Positions 50,897 to 63,301 of a stretch of 64,000 nucleotides of DNA are shown here, piece by piece. Numbering within the stretch: the stretch's first letter is position 1; every line of letters starts with the position of its first letter. The notes under the pieces were generated by a model. It did no database searches. It was not told the DNA's origin and saw nothing but the letters and a program-made list of their open reading frames with translations. Where the stretch lies: assembly GCF_006345805.1 (NCBI RefSeq), contig NC_043004.1:8370001-8434000 (forward strand), given 5' to 3'. The stretch comes from Octopus sinensis (taxonomy: Eukaryota). The position numbers and the translations under genes are program-made.

Positions 50897-52984
50897 TAGA
50901 TATAGTTATAGATATATATATACATATATATATATGTATATATATGCGTGTGTGTATAAATATATACATACATATATACACACACGTACATATAAATATA
51001 CATTTAATGTGTAAATAATCTATATAGTAAATTTATGCCTGTATATGAATATGTGTGTGAGTGTGTAACCTTATGCGTGTGGGGGTGTGTTCATGTGTAT
51101 ATGTATGCATATATATGTGTGTGTCTGTGTGTGTGTGTGTGTGTATGTGTAGAACATACATCCATTCTTACATACATCATACATAAATGCATGCATACAC
51201 ATCCCAAAGACGACGACGACGACGACGATGAAGATGATAATTAAATTCAGTCGTTTCCTTATGCGATCATGTTGATCTAAAATGGCTGCCTATGAAAACG
51301 ACCCGCCATTGAATACCCATTTGGATTGAAAAATAATAAGTCTTTGGGATTGAATTCTTAAGGAACGCTAATTTATTATTTTTTGTCTTGTTAAGTGTGT
51401 CGGGTTGATGACTGTGATCAATGTTCGGAGGAAATATAAGTCAGATATTGTTATTTATATTTCATTAAAATAATGTCAATGTATATGGAATCAACCATAT
51501 TACACGAGGTTAAGTAGAAGGGTAGGAGACTTTTGCCATTTCAACGGTGTTCATACAGGTTTCTTCATCTTCTGTTACGACGTACGTAACATGAGACTTG
51601 TTAATTTATTAGATCTAATTTAAAATATTTGTTTTTTATTGTTGTCATATACCAACTTCGGCTTTCTTTATTTTATACTTAGTTAATCTTTTTTTAATGT
51701 TTTCTCAATTATTTTCCTCTCTTTATATTGCAACGAAAAATAAATTTATATGAAAAGGAAGTGTGGACAATTAATTTACACAAATAATTTATATCGGGGA
51801 AAGAGATTCACACAGAGAAACACAGGTTTAAAGACTAATCTAGGAATCATATTGTATTCTCTCCTTCGCCTCATAGAGTTTCGCCCGAACGAACACGCAA
51901 CAAGACCAGTTAAGTGGATAATTAAAAATGGATTTTTAAAAAATGATTTTAAAACCATTTTCTGGTTAAATATAAAAGTGCTTTAGATGTTGTATGTGGT
52001 TTCTATACCATTATTTGCCACTTTATAAACGAATTTAAAAATGATTTACCGGCATATCAATTACAGACAAATATTCGCCCGGTTTGCGGATCGTGCTTAC
52101 ATTATTATACATCACTGGTTTATTGCTCAACCACTTTCATTTTTCATTTTCTCTCTTACCTTTCCTTATCAGGTATAGAAAGTATAAAGCCTAAATGCCA
52201 TTAGTATTCTGGAACACAAACCGACTCCTTCATAGCTACACTGATCGTGTAACTCTGATCATCTTGTTTTCGTTTTTGTTATTAGAGTTAACTTCGTATA
52301 TTTGTTCGTTATTTTAAAACAGTTGCAAACAAAGAGTTATTAATATTGGCGTATCAAGAAAGCACACTTATGAGCTATTTTTAGCCGCCAAACTATCAAG
52401 CAAATCGCACCCCTGAAAAACTACTGAAGAGATGCACTCCGGCCATCTGCACATTTCCTGCCTTTAGTGTGACAACAGAAATTCACGAGAATACTGAACA
52501 ACTCATATCACGCTCACAAGAAACGCTTTAGGGTGGTCCGATTGGTCCTCAGGACCGAAATAAAAAAGGGGTGGGTGAGAGTATTGGGAGTGCTGGATTA
52601 ACGGGTCGTACCCGTAAATCAACCATACAAGTAATTTCAAATTCGTTTGTAGTTTGTGTGTCCCTCTTTCACACAAATGGCGAAAACACTTTCCTGTTTT
52701 AGAATCTTATCTCTAAGCTTTAAACTTTTTCAGATTAAAACCGTTACTAGGTGTGATCTATCACCCGGTTTAGCCCCCTTATCGGAGCCTTGGATGTCGT
52801 TACAGGAGAACATTCACTTATAAGCGTTCAGGTAAATTCTTCTCCAATCCAAGTTATTTTCCTCTCTTCCTCCTATTTGACTGAAAACCCTGGAAAATTC
52901 CTGTTTTAATTCAGGTAAAGAAATTATTAGAAACACTTCTCTCCCACTAAATTCTGTAAATTACATAATGGTTTCAAACTCTGA

Positions 52985-53168
52985 CACAAATCCAGCATGT
53001 TTAGGGCAGGGGATAAGTCGATTACATAAACCCCAATACTTAACTGGTACCTTTTTTATTGACATCGAAATGATGAAAGTCAACCGAAGAGGAATTGGAA
53101 CTTAGAACGTAAAGACAGACGAAAGACCGCTAAGCAATTTGCCTGCGTGCTCACTATTCTGGTAGTTC
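52985..53168 (-). mobile_element. SINE family C, degenerate
   Basis: agtcgattac...aactggtac...gaacgtaaagacagacgaaa..ccgctaagca. Confidence 0.7.
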
Positions 53169-54259
53169 GCCATCCTCTCCTGCAAATTATATATTGTTTC
53201 AATTATTTATATATACGTCTGGATAATTTAATTGATAATTCGCCGCGCAAGTCAACTTCTATATTCTTAAATGAACGTAGCTTTTGAGAAGCAGTTTGTC
53301 AACTTAGAGCAGCTATATGGGTTTATTATCGATTCTTACCAACTGGATTTACTGCAAGTACGAGATAATTCAATTCTACCTTGATTTACTTGAAGAAATT
53401 TCAATAATTTTAATAATAACGCAATCGTCCAGAAACAAATGTCTCTTAGTTGCCCGTATCTTTGCAGTACTTAAGTTAACGTTGGGGTAGCGAACGTCAC
53501 ATAAGCTAACTACTTGATAGATATCTTTCTAATCAATGAGAGATTAAAACGACAAACTATATTATCAGAATGGTTATCTTTATTCTTTGGAATCCCATTA
53601 ATATTTTCACCACCACCATTTTTGCGGGTGTATATATATAACACGAAATTACAAACCCCCTTGTTAAAATTACTAAACACAGTAACGAAAGAATTCATCG
53701 ATGCTGTCCGTGAGTGGAATCATGGATGTCATGTGATATTTTCTTGCGTTCTGTCTATAGAGAAAATTATGGGGGGGGGGCATAGAACTTTCTTTAAGAA
53801 AAGAATTCCTTCATTCCACTGCTGATTGAAAAAAACAAAACAAACAAAAACAACTAAATATATCGGCCAATGAAAGAGTCAATGCTTTATCGTTGATAGT
53901 GTGACAGTCAAATATGCTTAAAATCAAATTCTACTCTTCGAAAAAAAAAAAATTCTTATTGTCAATGTGACTGTAATGGTTTTGTGTAAAGGTTTTCTAA
54001 ATCAGGGTCGACTTAGGGCTATAGCACGAGCGCAATGGGGAATATATGCCACCAAAATTTCTTTTTAAAATTATTTCATGCAATCATCATAAACTTATCC
54101 CCAAACCTTCTTCATTTTATCTTTTTAAAAAATAAAAAGCGGAAAAACACTCAAACAATCTCTGCCAATTGCAAACGAAGAATGCATGTTTCTGCTCATG
54201 GTTTTAGGCGTGTGTTCTCAACTCTCACACCCTAAGACTAGCAGAACATTCAAGATGTC

Positions 54260-54420
54260 GCGACTGGAAGGAGAGAGTACAGCACCTGCACTGGGCTACT
54301 ATTTTATTTATCGACACGGAAAAGATGTAAGTCAATGCTGGCCTGGGTAGAATTTGGACTCAGAGGGTAACAAGAAATATTGCAACATATTATATCCAAT
54401 AATTGAACGATTCTGCCAAA
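54260..54420 (-). mobile_element. SINE family C, very degenerate
   Basis: ttattatcgacacggaaaagatg...gaatttggactcaga...aacgattctgcca. Confidence 0.5.
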
Positions 54421-54517
54421 CAATCACCTAAAATCACATCAAATATTATTCTAAATGTTTTTCTCACTGTCTATCATGCTCTGTGAATGACTATTTCTCT
54501 CGTTCTCTCTCGCTCAA

Positions 54518-54554
<37 letters not shown>

Positions 54555-55293
54555 CTCAGTCTCTCTCTATATATTTGACAACACCTATACAAATGCATAA
54601 AACCGTATGATGCCGTATTCGGATTTAAATTTGACCTTTCTGACTCTCTTCAAATATCGTTCTATTGTTTTCACTGATAACCCTTTCACAGTAATGCGAT
54701 GCCAATGCGTTCAAAGCATCCCTGAATTTAAGTCTTGTCTTTCATTTCCTCATGAGTCAACACTGACCAATTCCAGCAGCAAACATTCTTTCTTGAAATT
54801 TTTGGACGAAACAAACAGGATTATTATTGTTATTGTTACTGTTTTTGTTGTCAATTGTGTTGGTATTGATTTTGCAGCTGATATTCTCGTTCCTGTTACA
54901 ACTATTGTTCCTGTAGACGTCAAAACGCCTCCAGCTTTAATTTTAAGGATTAAAATACAATTGTTATAACTAAACATTTAGTACGACACATATGCACACA
55001 TGTATGTATATGTATTCGTATATATATATATATATGAATGCATATATATACATGTGTGCATATGGGTCTCTTAGTTGCCCGTATCTTTGCTGTACTTAAG
55101 TTAACGTTGGGATATATGATGGATCGGTAGCCACTATACACATTTTTTCTCTTGTAGACTCTCGTAGGCTTGAAACATAAAAGACTTTTTCAATTCCCGA
55201 GCGTTATACTAATACATGTGCTTGTTTTCTACACCACTTGTCTTCAGCTTTTTTTTTCTTCGTGAACTCTCCCCCTATATATATATATATATA

Positions 55294-55688
55294 CTAGCAG
55301 TATCGCCCGGCGTTGCTCGGGTTTGTAAGGGAAATAATTATATAAGCATTTTTAGAGATGTAAAGTATAATAGCCATCTCAATATGGCTAACCACAAAGG
55401 GGGAGGGGTGTTACTGTAGCTTTTTACGTTCTGAGATTTAATAATAAATTTTAGAGAGTTACTTCCCTTATATATGTCAAAAATGGATTAAAAATGGGAA
55501 AAATTGATGGTAAATTTTTTTTTAAATCGTAGACTCATCGTAGACGCGCGCTAATACCCAGACGGTCTCGATATGAATCACGACTATAAGATACCCGGTT
55601 TTGGTTAAACTGCACCGCAAAATGTGGGAGTAGTTAGGAATCTAAATCGTAGGAGACAGACACACAACCTCACTTTTATATATAAAGA
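55294..55688 (-). mobile_element. Non-autonomous Helitron (395 bp)
   Basis: Same CTAG/hairpin end as 39228; 5' end TCTTTATATATAAAAG; inserted between A and T. Confidence 0.9.
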
Positions 55689-55751
55689 TTTCCTCTATTT
55701 ACATAATATTGAGGTCTCTTTCTTTCTTTTGTTATCTTACTGTTTTTACCA

Positions 55752-55788
<37 letters not shown>

Positions 55789-55796
55789 TATATATA

Positions 55797-56118
55797 GTTA
55801 CAGAGATGTACTTGCATAGCAAGTGACTTGATCTGAGATCGTGTGCTGGAACGAAAGCAGTTGCAGCGTTGAAGGTGTTTATAAGCCATTTAAGAAACAC
55901 ACAAAAACCGTTAGATTCACTTCAACATTTAAATTTAATTTGTCAAAATATTTTCGTCGCTTTGAGACTGCGACCTGTTAGCACGAATTTTTGTCAGTGA
56001 ACAGGTCGCGGTCTCAAAGCGAGGAAAATATTTTGGCAAATTAAATTTAAATGTTGAAGTGAATCTAACGGTTTTTGTGTGTTTCTTAAATGGCTTACAA
56101 ACACCTTCCACGCTGCAA
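55797..56118. repeat. Palindrome with ~119-bp arms (55861-55979 / 56000-56118) and 20-bp spacer
   Basis: Direct arm comparison shows only a handful of mismatches; flanked by (TA)n. Confidence 0.95.
55990..56040 (+). ncRNA. Hammerhead-like motif with swapped G3:C8 core
   Basis: tttgtca-GUGAACA-g-gtcgc.ggtctcaaa.gcga(g/c)-GAAA-AUAU-UU-tg(g/a)caaa. Confidence 0.6.
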
Positions 56119-56199
56119 TATATATATACACACATATATATATATGTATGTATGTATGTATGTGTGTATATGTGTATGCATGTATATGTGTGTGTGTGC

Positions 56200-56404
56200 G
56201 TGTCTGTGCTTGTGATTGTCCTCCACCACTGTTGGTTTGTTTACATCCCTGTCACCTAGTGGTTTGACAAAGGAAACAGATAGAATAAGTACAATGCTTA
56301 CAAAAATAAAACTGGAGTTGATTCATTAAACTACAATTCTTCAAGGCATTGCCCCAGCATGGCCACAGACCAATGGCTGGAAAAAGCAGAAGAATAAAAG
56401 AATA
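56200..56404 (+). mobile_element. SINE family B, 3' half
   Basis: tgttggtttgtttacatccctgt...gatagaataagtac...ccccagcatggcc. Confidence 0.7.
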
Positions 56405-56454
56405 CATTCTCTGCTTTGGTCTTATGTTCAAGGCATGAGAAAGCTTGAGTTTAC

Positions 56455-56750
56455 ATGAGAAGGCCTAACAGACCTGGTAGAAACAGCAGCCAAATCTCCC
56501 TCAAATCACACCTTACTGTTATGTATGTATATATATATGAGCCAATGAGGGGGGCCTCTACATGGTAGCTAGACCTGGTAGAAATAGCAGCCAAATTTCC
56601 CCCAAATCACACCTTACTGTCTTATCTATGTATATATGTATGTATGAGCCTATGAGGGAGACCCCTACATGGCAGCTAGACATGGTAGAAATAGCAGCCA
56701 AATCTCCCTCAAATCACACCTTACTGTCTTATGTATATATATATATATAT
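56455..56750. repeat. ~100-107-bp tandem repeat, three copies
   Basis: agacctggtagaaa(c/t)agcagccaaatctccctcaaatcacaccttactgt at 56470, 56571 and 56678. Confidence 0.9.
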
Positions 56751-56990
56751 ATACAAGCCACTACGGTTATTTAATGTAAAGTCTTCCTCAAATCACTCTC
56801 GCTATTTACTCTCTTCCAAGAACATTTTCACTCACTCTTATCTCTTAGCTTCCCATACATTTTATTCATGTATCTATCAGCATGATAGACAGAAACAAAT
56901 ATTACATCGCCATCGCCATCGCCATCGCATTCTATTGTCTACCTGTCAACACACACACAGTGAATTACTTTCATTTTATTCGTTGCACAC

Positions 56991-57233
56991 TGTGTGTGTG
57001 CGTGTGCGTGTGGTGTAAACCACATTAAGAAAAGCATTTGACATAGACACCAGAATGTGAGTTTTCTGTAAATTTTGCTTAATTGGAGTTTAAATTTTAA
57101 AAACTGGACTTGGCATGACCCGATGCGTTCTACTCTTAAAAATGCTAGGTAAATTGTAATTGAAGAAATCCTATATTGTAGATTTCTATAACTGACAGAG
57201 GGAGGCAGATAAAATCTGCCTTTTATAATAAGA
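56991..57233 (-). mobile_element. Helitron 5' fragment
   Basis: Near-identical to ~40230-40469. Confidence 0.85.
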
Positions 57234-57344
57234 TATATATATATATATATATATATAAATATGTATGTATATATGTATTTATATATGTATGTATATGTAT
57301 ATGATATGTATGTATGTATGTATGTGCAGATTTATATGTTTTAT

Positions 57345-57760
57345 GTATGTATTCTCATGCATATAGTTGCATATCTAGACATGCTCTAATACTTAAATGA
57401 TAAACTTCTGGTAAGTTTTACAGATTTTTACAGTTCCAGTGATGGATTGAATCTGTAGTCTTTGAATTAGCTTTCTCCTTTCTGGATTTGAGAAGCCTAC
57501 TTTCTCAAGATTAGTATTTAAGGAGTGTGTTACATATCCCAGTATTCAAATAATTACAGGTATAAACCCGAACTTGTAATCTGGATACAGTAACTGGAGA
57601 TTTCTCAATAGTTCAGCATAAATGTTCTCTTTATCACTGATCTTCGGCTTTATTTTAACATCCGCAGGGCAACTAATTTCCACAACTGTGCACAGATTCT
57701 CTTCTCTATCCCAAATCATTATATCAGGTCTGTTTTATTGAGGTCTTCACCGGGACAATC
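57345..57760 (-). mobile_element. RLE-type LINE 3' fragment flanked by (TATG)n
   Basis: DIMIWDREENLCTVVEISCPAD...YKFGFIPVII.ILGYV...IQSITGTVKICK. Confidence 0.8.
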
Positions 57761-57849
57761 CCCCATGTATGTATGTATGTATGTATGTATGTATGTATGT
57801 ATGTATGTATGTATGTATGTGTGTGTCTGTGTGTCTGTGTGTCTGTCTG

Positions 57850-57908
<59 letters not shown>

Positions 57909-57914
57909 CTCTTG

Positions 57915-58080
57915 TGTGAGTCTATATTTGTGTTTGACCCTCGCCATCGCCCGACAACCGGTGTTGGTTTGTTTACGACACCGTATCTCAACGGCTCAGC
58001 AAAAAGTCCGATAGAATAGTATCAGACTTTAAAGTGCCCTTGCAACCCTGCAGTCCAGTGACTGGAACAAGTAGAAAAAA
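57915..58080 (+). mobile_element. SINE family B, 3' fragment
   Basis: cgacaaccggtgttggtttgtttacg...ccgatagaatagta...tgactggaacaagta. Confidence 0.65.
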
Positions 58081-58269
58081 AAAAGCGATTTGACCGCTTT
58101 CTTACTGTCCCCTATGAAAAGCCCTGTCTTGCTTTAGCCCCAAACAGTATCCCCACACTTCAAAGCTATTTCCTGGACTCGCCAAATTGTTCGATCTTTC
58201 ATTTTCCTCAGTGGTGTATGTCTGCGCGCATTGATATGAAATGATATGCGTACTTTTTCATTTCCATTT

Positions 58270-58360
58270 CATGCAGAGGCAGAAGGACTGAGGCTTGTGG
58301 GACGGATGTAGGGATTAAATCACTGAACGTCTGTTCTTTGAATGTAAATAGTGCGTAGAG
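58270..58360 (-). mobile_element. LINE RT micro-fragment
   Basis: TSVPQASVLLPL resembles the SGVPQGSVLGPL RT motif. Confidence 0.4.
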
Positions 58361-58764
58361 ATGTTGAGATCTGGGGATAAACAATTCAAAAGCCTGGCGT
58401 AATTTGATCGTAGCGCAAGCAGAGAATGCTGTCAAACGGAGGCGACTGAGTGAAGAAAAATATTATTGTACCAACTTTGTCTGGTGTGCAAGTGCAAAAG
58501 TAGACGTGTGTAGGTATGGCTCCATGTCTGGATGTGTATGTTCGAATGTGTAGATGTGTGTATGTGTGTGTTTCTCTTTCGGAGAGTCTGGCGCATGTAT
58601 GAAGTAGCTTAAAACAAGTGTGCCATGCACACACATACACACACAAACGCACAATATATGTGCACACATATATATATATATGTGTGTGTATGTGTGTGTG
58701 TATATATAGACAGATAGATATACTTGTGCATGTGATTAACGGTATGTGTGAGTGTGTGACTGTC

Positions 58765-58957
58765 GAGCTGGCAAAAAGGTTAGCACGCCGGGCGAAATGC
58801 CTAGAGGTATTTCGTCTGCCGTTACGTTCTGAGTTCAAATTCCGCCGAGGTCGACTTTGCCTTTCATCCTTTCGGGGTCGATAAATTAAGTACCAGTTGT
58901 CTGTCCTTGTTTGTCCTGTCTGTGTTTAGCCCCTTGTGGGTAGTAAAGAAATAGGTA
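58765..58957 (+). mobile_element. SINE family C
   Basis: Clean head and core; ends ttgtgggtagtaaagaaataggta. Confidence 0.9.
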
Positions 58958-59961
58958 TGTGTGTGTGTGTGCCTTCATGTATAGTGTATAAGTATATATA
59001 TGATTGTGTGTGGTGGGTGTGTAGTGAATATATGGATATGTTCTGATATTCTTTCGCAAGTTTCTTCACTCAACTGCAGCCATGCTGGGTGGCTGCTTTC
59101 AGAAATGCTAAATCGATCACAGCCACCCCACCCCAATACTTAATTCATCAGTTTTATATTTTATCGATTTGTCGTCATTTTAACCAAGTAGCCATGTTTG
59201 TTTGAAATCGCGCTACAGGCACATTACGCACGCACACAATTGATTACATGTATAGTAGCCGCCTTCTGTGTTTGAATAGCGGAAGAGCATCTTCCTTGCT
59301 AGAATTCGTATCTATGACAGGCCCAGGCCAGGCTACTCTTCGTTGCAGTGGTGTTGGTGTCGTATGTCTCGCGGAATATATGAACCGAAGCTAACTTGTT
59401 GCTGATCTTCTGAGAATGTCTGCCCCCAATTTTCCGCTGAAGTAGGTTAGGGCTGCTACTCTTGCTCGGACCCTATTGAACAGCTGTATACTGAGAATAC
59501 CCGGTCACGAGTTTTTGACTCAGAATATTACGAGAAAAATGATACGATAAGAAGCGATCGGGTGGCTGCGGGTCACGTTACACAATGTAGAACATTAGCA
59601 TAAGACGTGTATGCGTACGTGTACGTTTGAGTGTGTATGTGTGTGTGTGTCTGTGTGCGTGTGTCTGTGTGTAAATGTGTGTGTATGACTATGCGTACGC
59701 GTCCATGACATTAGCCTGTGGAGTCGCACGTTCTTGTCTACTCGAATCTGCTGTAAATGTGCACTTGCATGAATGCAGTTAACTGCATGTGTCCCTGTAT
59801 GAGAACCCATATGCGGACGTAGTTGTTCCCATCAATGCGCGAGGGAGTGTGTGAACGAGTGTATATATGTCTTTGTAAGCCTATAAGTATGTCTGCGTCC
59901 TTGTGTGTCTTTCTGAATATCTATGTATGCGTCTGTTTGCATCTTTATGCGTCTGTGCAGC

Positions 59962-60056
<95 letters not shown>

Positions 60057-60059
<3 letters not shown>

Positions 60060-60468
60060 TCTTACTCTTTACTCTTTTACTTGTTTCAGTCATTTGACTG
60101 CGGCCATGCTGGAGCACCGCCTTTAATCGAGCAACTCGACCCCGGTACTTATTCTTTTGTAAGCCCAGTACTTATTCTATCGGTCTCTTTTGCCGAACCG
60201 CTATGTTACGGGGACGTAAACACACCAGCATCGGTTGTCAAGCAATGCTAGGGGGACAAACACAGACACACAAATACACACATGCACATACATATATATA
60301 CATATATACGACAGGCTTCTTTCAGTTTCTGTCTACCAAATCCACTCACAAGGCTTTGGTCGGCCCGAGGCTATAGTAGAAGACACTCGCCCAAGGTGCC
60401 ACGCAGTGGGACTGAACCCAGAACCATGTGGTTGGTAGGCAAGCTACTTGCCACACAGCCACTCCTGC
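60057..60468 (-). mobile_element. SINE family B, full length and well preserved
   Basis: All modules present, including the (aagagta)n tail. Confidence 0.95.
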
Positions 60469-60479
60469 TACAGGCACAT

Positions 60480-60597
60480 TACTATAATTTGTATATATGT
60501 ATTTTATCATACATGCAAAACAACACCATGGAGGAATCGACGTAAGCTTAAATGATAAACCGCGATACGTGAACCGCGATATGGCGAGGGATTACTG
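60480..60597. mobile_element. Right half of the pogo-like MITE
   Basis: Matches ~1810-1890 and ends gagggattactg|ta. Confidence 0.8.
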
Positions 60598-60800
60598 TAT
60601 CTGGTATTATGTATGTCTATATGTGTTTGCGTGCGAGAGTGCTTGCGTAGTGTACCAGCTTCGCTAGACTGAAACTGTGCGGAAGCTCAAGGTATGCATA
60701 CGTATATACACGCATACATACACACGGCACACAAATACATACACAGATACGCACGCACATATGCATACACACACACACAACACACACACACACACACACA

Positions 60801-60850
<50 letters not shown>

Positions 60851-60851
<1 letters not shown>

Positions 60852-63103
60852 AGTTGAAGATTAAGGAGATCATGCAGTCGTTTCAAACGATTAATGATGA
60901 AAAGCTGTCCTCCATTATATGTGGGAATGATATTGAGGCATCTTGGTGGAAGTTGAAAGCCCAGGCCTTACAAGATGCAGCGGAAAAGTGCGATTTTAAA
61001 TCTTTCTACCAAAATCTCAAAGGTATGTTTGGTCCCATCTCAAAGGGGGCATCTCCAATATTTTCGTCAGATGGCACTCTCCTTACCGATAAGAAAGAAA
61101 TTACAAAGCGCTGAGCCGAACATTTTTCAAATGTTTTAAACAGAGAATCGACAGTGGATCAGGAAGTGATTGATAGTCTTCCTCAGAAGCCAACCACCAA
61201 GAATCTTGCTGACAGTCCATCCATGTCGGAGGTCGAAAAGGCAATAAGGCAATTGTCAAATGGTAAGGCTCCAGGTGATGATGGGATACCTGCAGAAATA
61301 TACGAATGTGGAAGCCAACTGCTAATCAGGGAGCTAAGTGCTCTGTTTTCATCAATATGGGAACTTGGTACCGTGCCACAACAGTTCAAAGATGCTTCAA
61401 TTATTCACCTATTTAAGCACAAAGGAAATAAATGTGAGTGTGATAACCATAGAGGAATTTCTCTCTTATCTGATTCTGGTAAGATTCTAGCGCGTGTAAT
61501 CTTAAACAGACTCAATGATTCAATTTGTAAAACTGTGCTCCCAGAAACCCAATGTGGTTTCCGGTCTGGAAGAGACACTGTGGATATGATCTTCAGCTTA
61601 CGGCAACTACAAGAGAAAGCAAGGGAACAGAATAAGGACTTGTTCGTTACCTTTGTTGATCTCACTAAGGCATTTGATACCGTCTCTAGGGATGCCCTGT
61701 GGACTGTTTTGAGGAAGCTTGGTGTTCCAGACAAGATGTTGAATGTGATTGTCTCCTTTCATCATGGAATGATGGCGTCAGTACGGTCTGACTGAGAACA
61801 AAGTGAACCATTCGAAGTGTCAAATGGAACCAAGCAAGGATGTGTCCTTGCTCCGATCCTATTTGCTCTTTTCTTTTCAGTGATGCTTGAAACAACTTTC
61901 AAAGACACATCGGAAGGTGTAGGTGTTGAGTATCGATTAAGCGCAGGGTTATTTAACCAGCAGCGGTTCAAAGCCAAAACCCGGACTTTTGTGCTGGCTG
62001 TTCTTGATCTCCTTTTTGCTGATGACTGTGCTCTTGTCACCCATAGTCTTGAGGACACGCAGAACATCCTCAATAGCTTCTCTGATGCATGTAAGGCCTT
62101 TGGTCTTACAATTAGCATAACGAAAACTGAACTTATTCACCAGCCGAAACCATACTCTTCGCCCTCTTCACAACCAGTGGTATATGTTGATGGTAAAGCT
62201 TTGAAAACAGTATCTTATTTTACATACCTCGGCTCTATTGTGTCTGATGATGCAAAATTTGAAAAAGATATCCAAAACAGAATCAATAAAGCAAGTGAAG
62301 TATTTGGTAGGTTGCGACACAGCCTTTGGAACATCCACGATGTGTCTCTGAAAGTAAAAGTAGCAGTCTACAAATCTGTTGTTCTATCTACTCTTCTGTA
62401 TGGTGGCGAAACGTGGACCTTGTATCGCAAGCATATCAATCAGCTTGATTCCTTCCATATGAGATGTCTGCGTTCTTTTTGCAATGTTAAATGGCAAGAT
62501 CGTGTTCGAAATAGTGAGTTACTGGAGAGGTGTGAGATCACTGGTATTGAAACATTTTTGATTAAGATACAAATGCGGTGGTCTGGTCATCTCGTGAGAA
62601 TGGATGACTCAAGAGTTCTAAAGCAGCTTTTTTATGGGCAATTGACAAATTCTTCCCGTCCAACATGGCATCCTCTTCTTCGTTACAAGGACAAACTAAA
62701 AGACAATCTGAAGCGTTGTGACATTGCTCTAAGCTCCTGGGAGAGTGCAGCAGGGGATCGCAGAAAATGGAGGAAAATGAGTTTTCTTAAGACTAGAGAA
62801 TTTGAAAGTAACCGCCTTCGTCATAGGGACGCCCTTCGTGCAAATTTGAAAGCAATGCATCAGCAAAATCCACCAAACAATGACTGTGTGTGTCACTGTG
62901 GGTTCAAAGCACGAAGCAAAGCTGGGTTGGCTGTCCACTCGAGAAGACATTTTGAACCAACGAATACGTGCAAGTGTACCATTTGCGAGAAAGTGTGCAA
63001 GACATCTGCTGGATTGAAGGTACACATGCGGTGTCACAAGGCTTAGGAATTGTTGAAGGTTATTTACTGAACCCTCATTCATCGTCTTCGATGAGAGAAT
63101 CCA

Positions 63104-63106
<3 letters not shown>
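60851..63106 (+). mobile_element. 5'-truncated RTE-clade LINE in (AT)n; one frame with two premature TGA stops
   Basis: KAPGDDGIPAE, NHRGISLL, QCGFRSGR, FVDLTKAFDTV, GTKQGCVLAP, LFADD, YLGS and two C-terminal C2H2 fingers. The three ORFs share a frame. Confidence 0.95.
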
Positions 63107-63154
<48 letters not shown>

Positions 63155-63301
63155 GTGTGTGTGTGCGTGTATATATATACACACACACATACACATACAT
63201 ACATATATATATAAGTGTGAGTTTGTGTGTGAAAGAGAGAGAGAGTTTTATTATATCATAGCCTTATACCTATTCCAGGAATTATTACTGATGTTTTCGT
63301 T

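Noticed and set aside
52535-52565. ggtcc/ggacc hairpin followed by GAAA
   Set aside because: The upstream core needs several changes to read CUGANGA, and there is no helix III or stem I.
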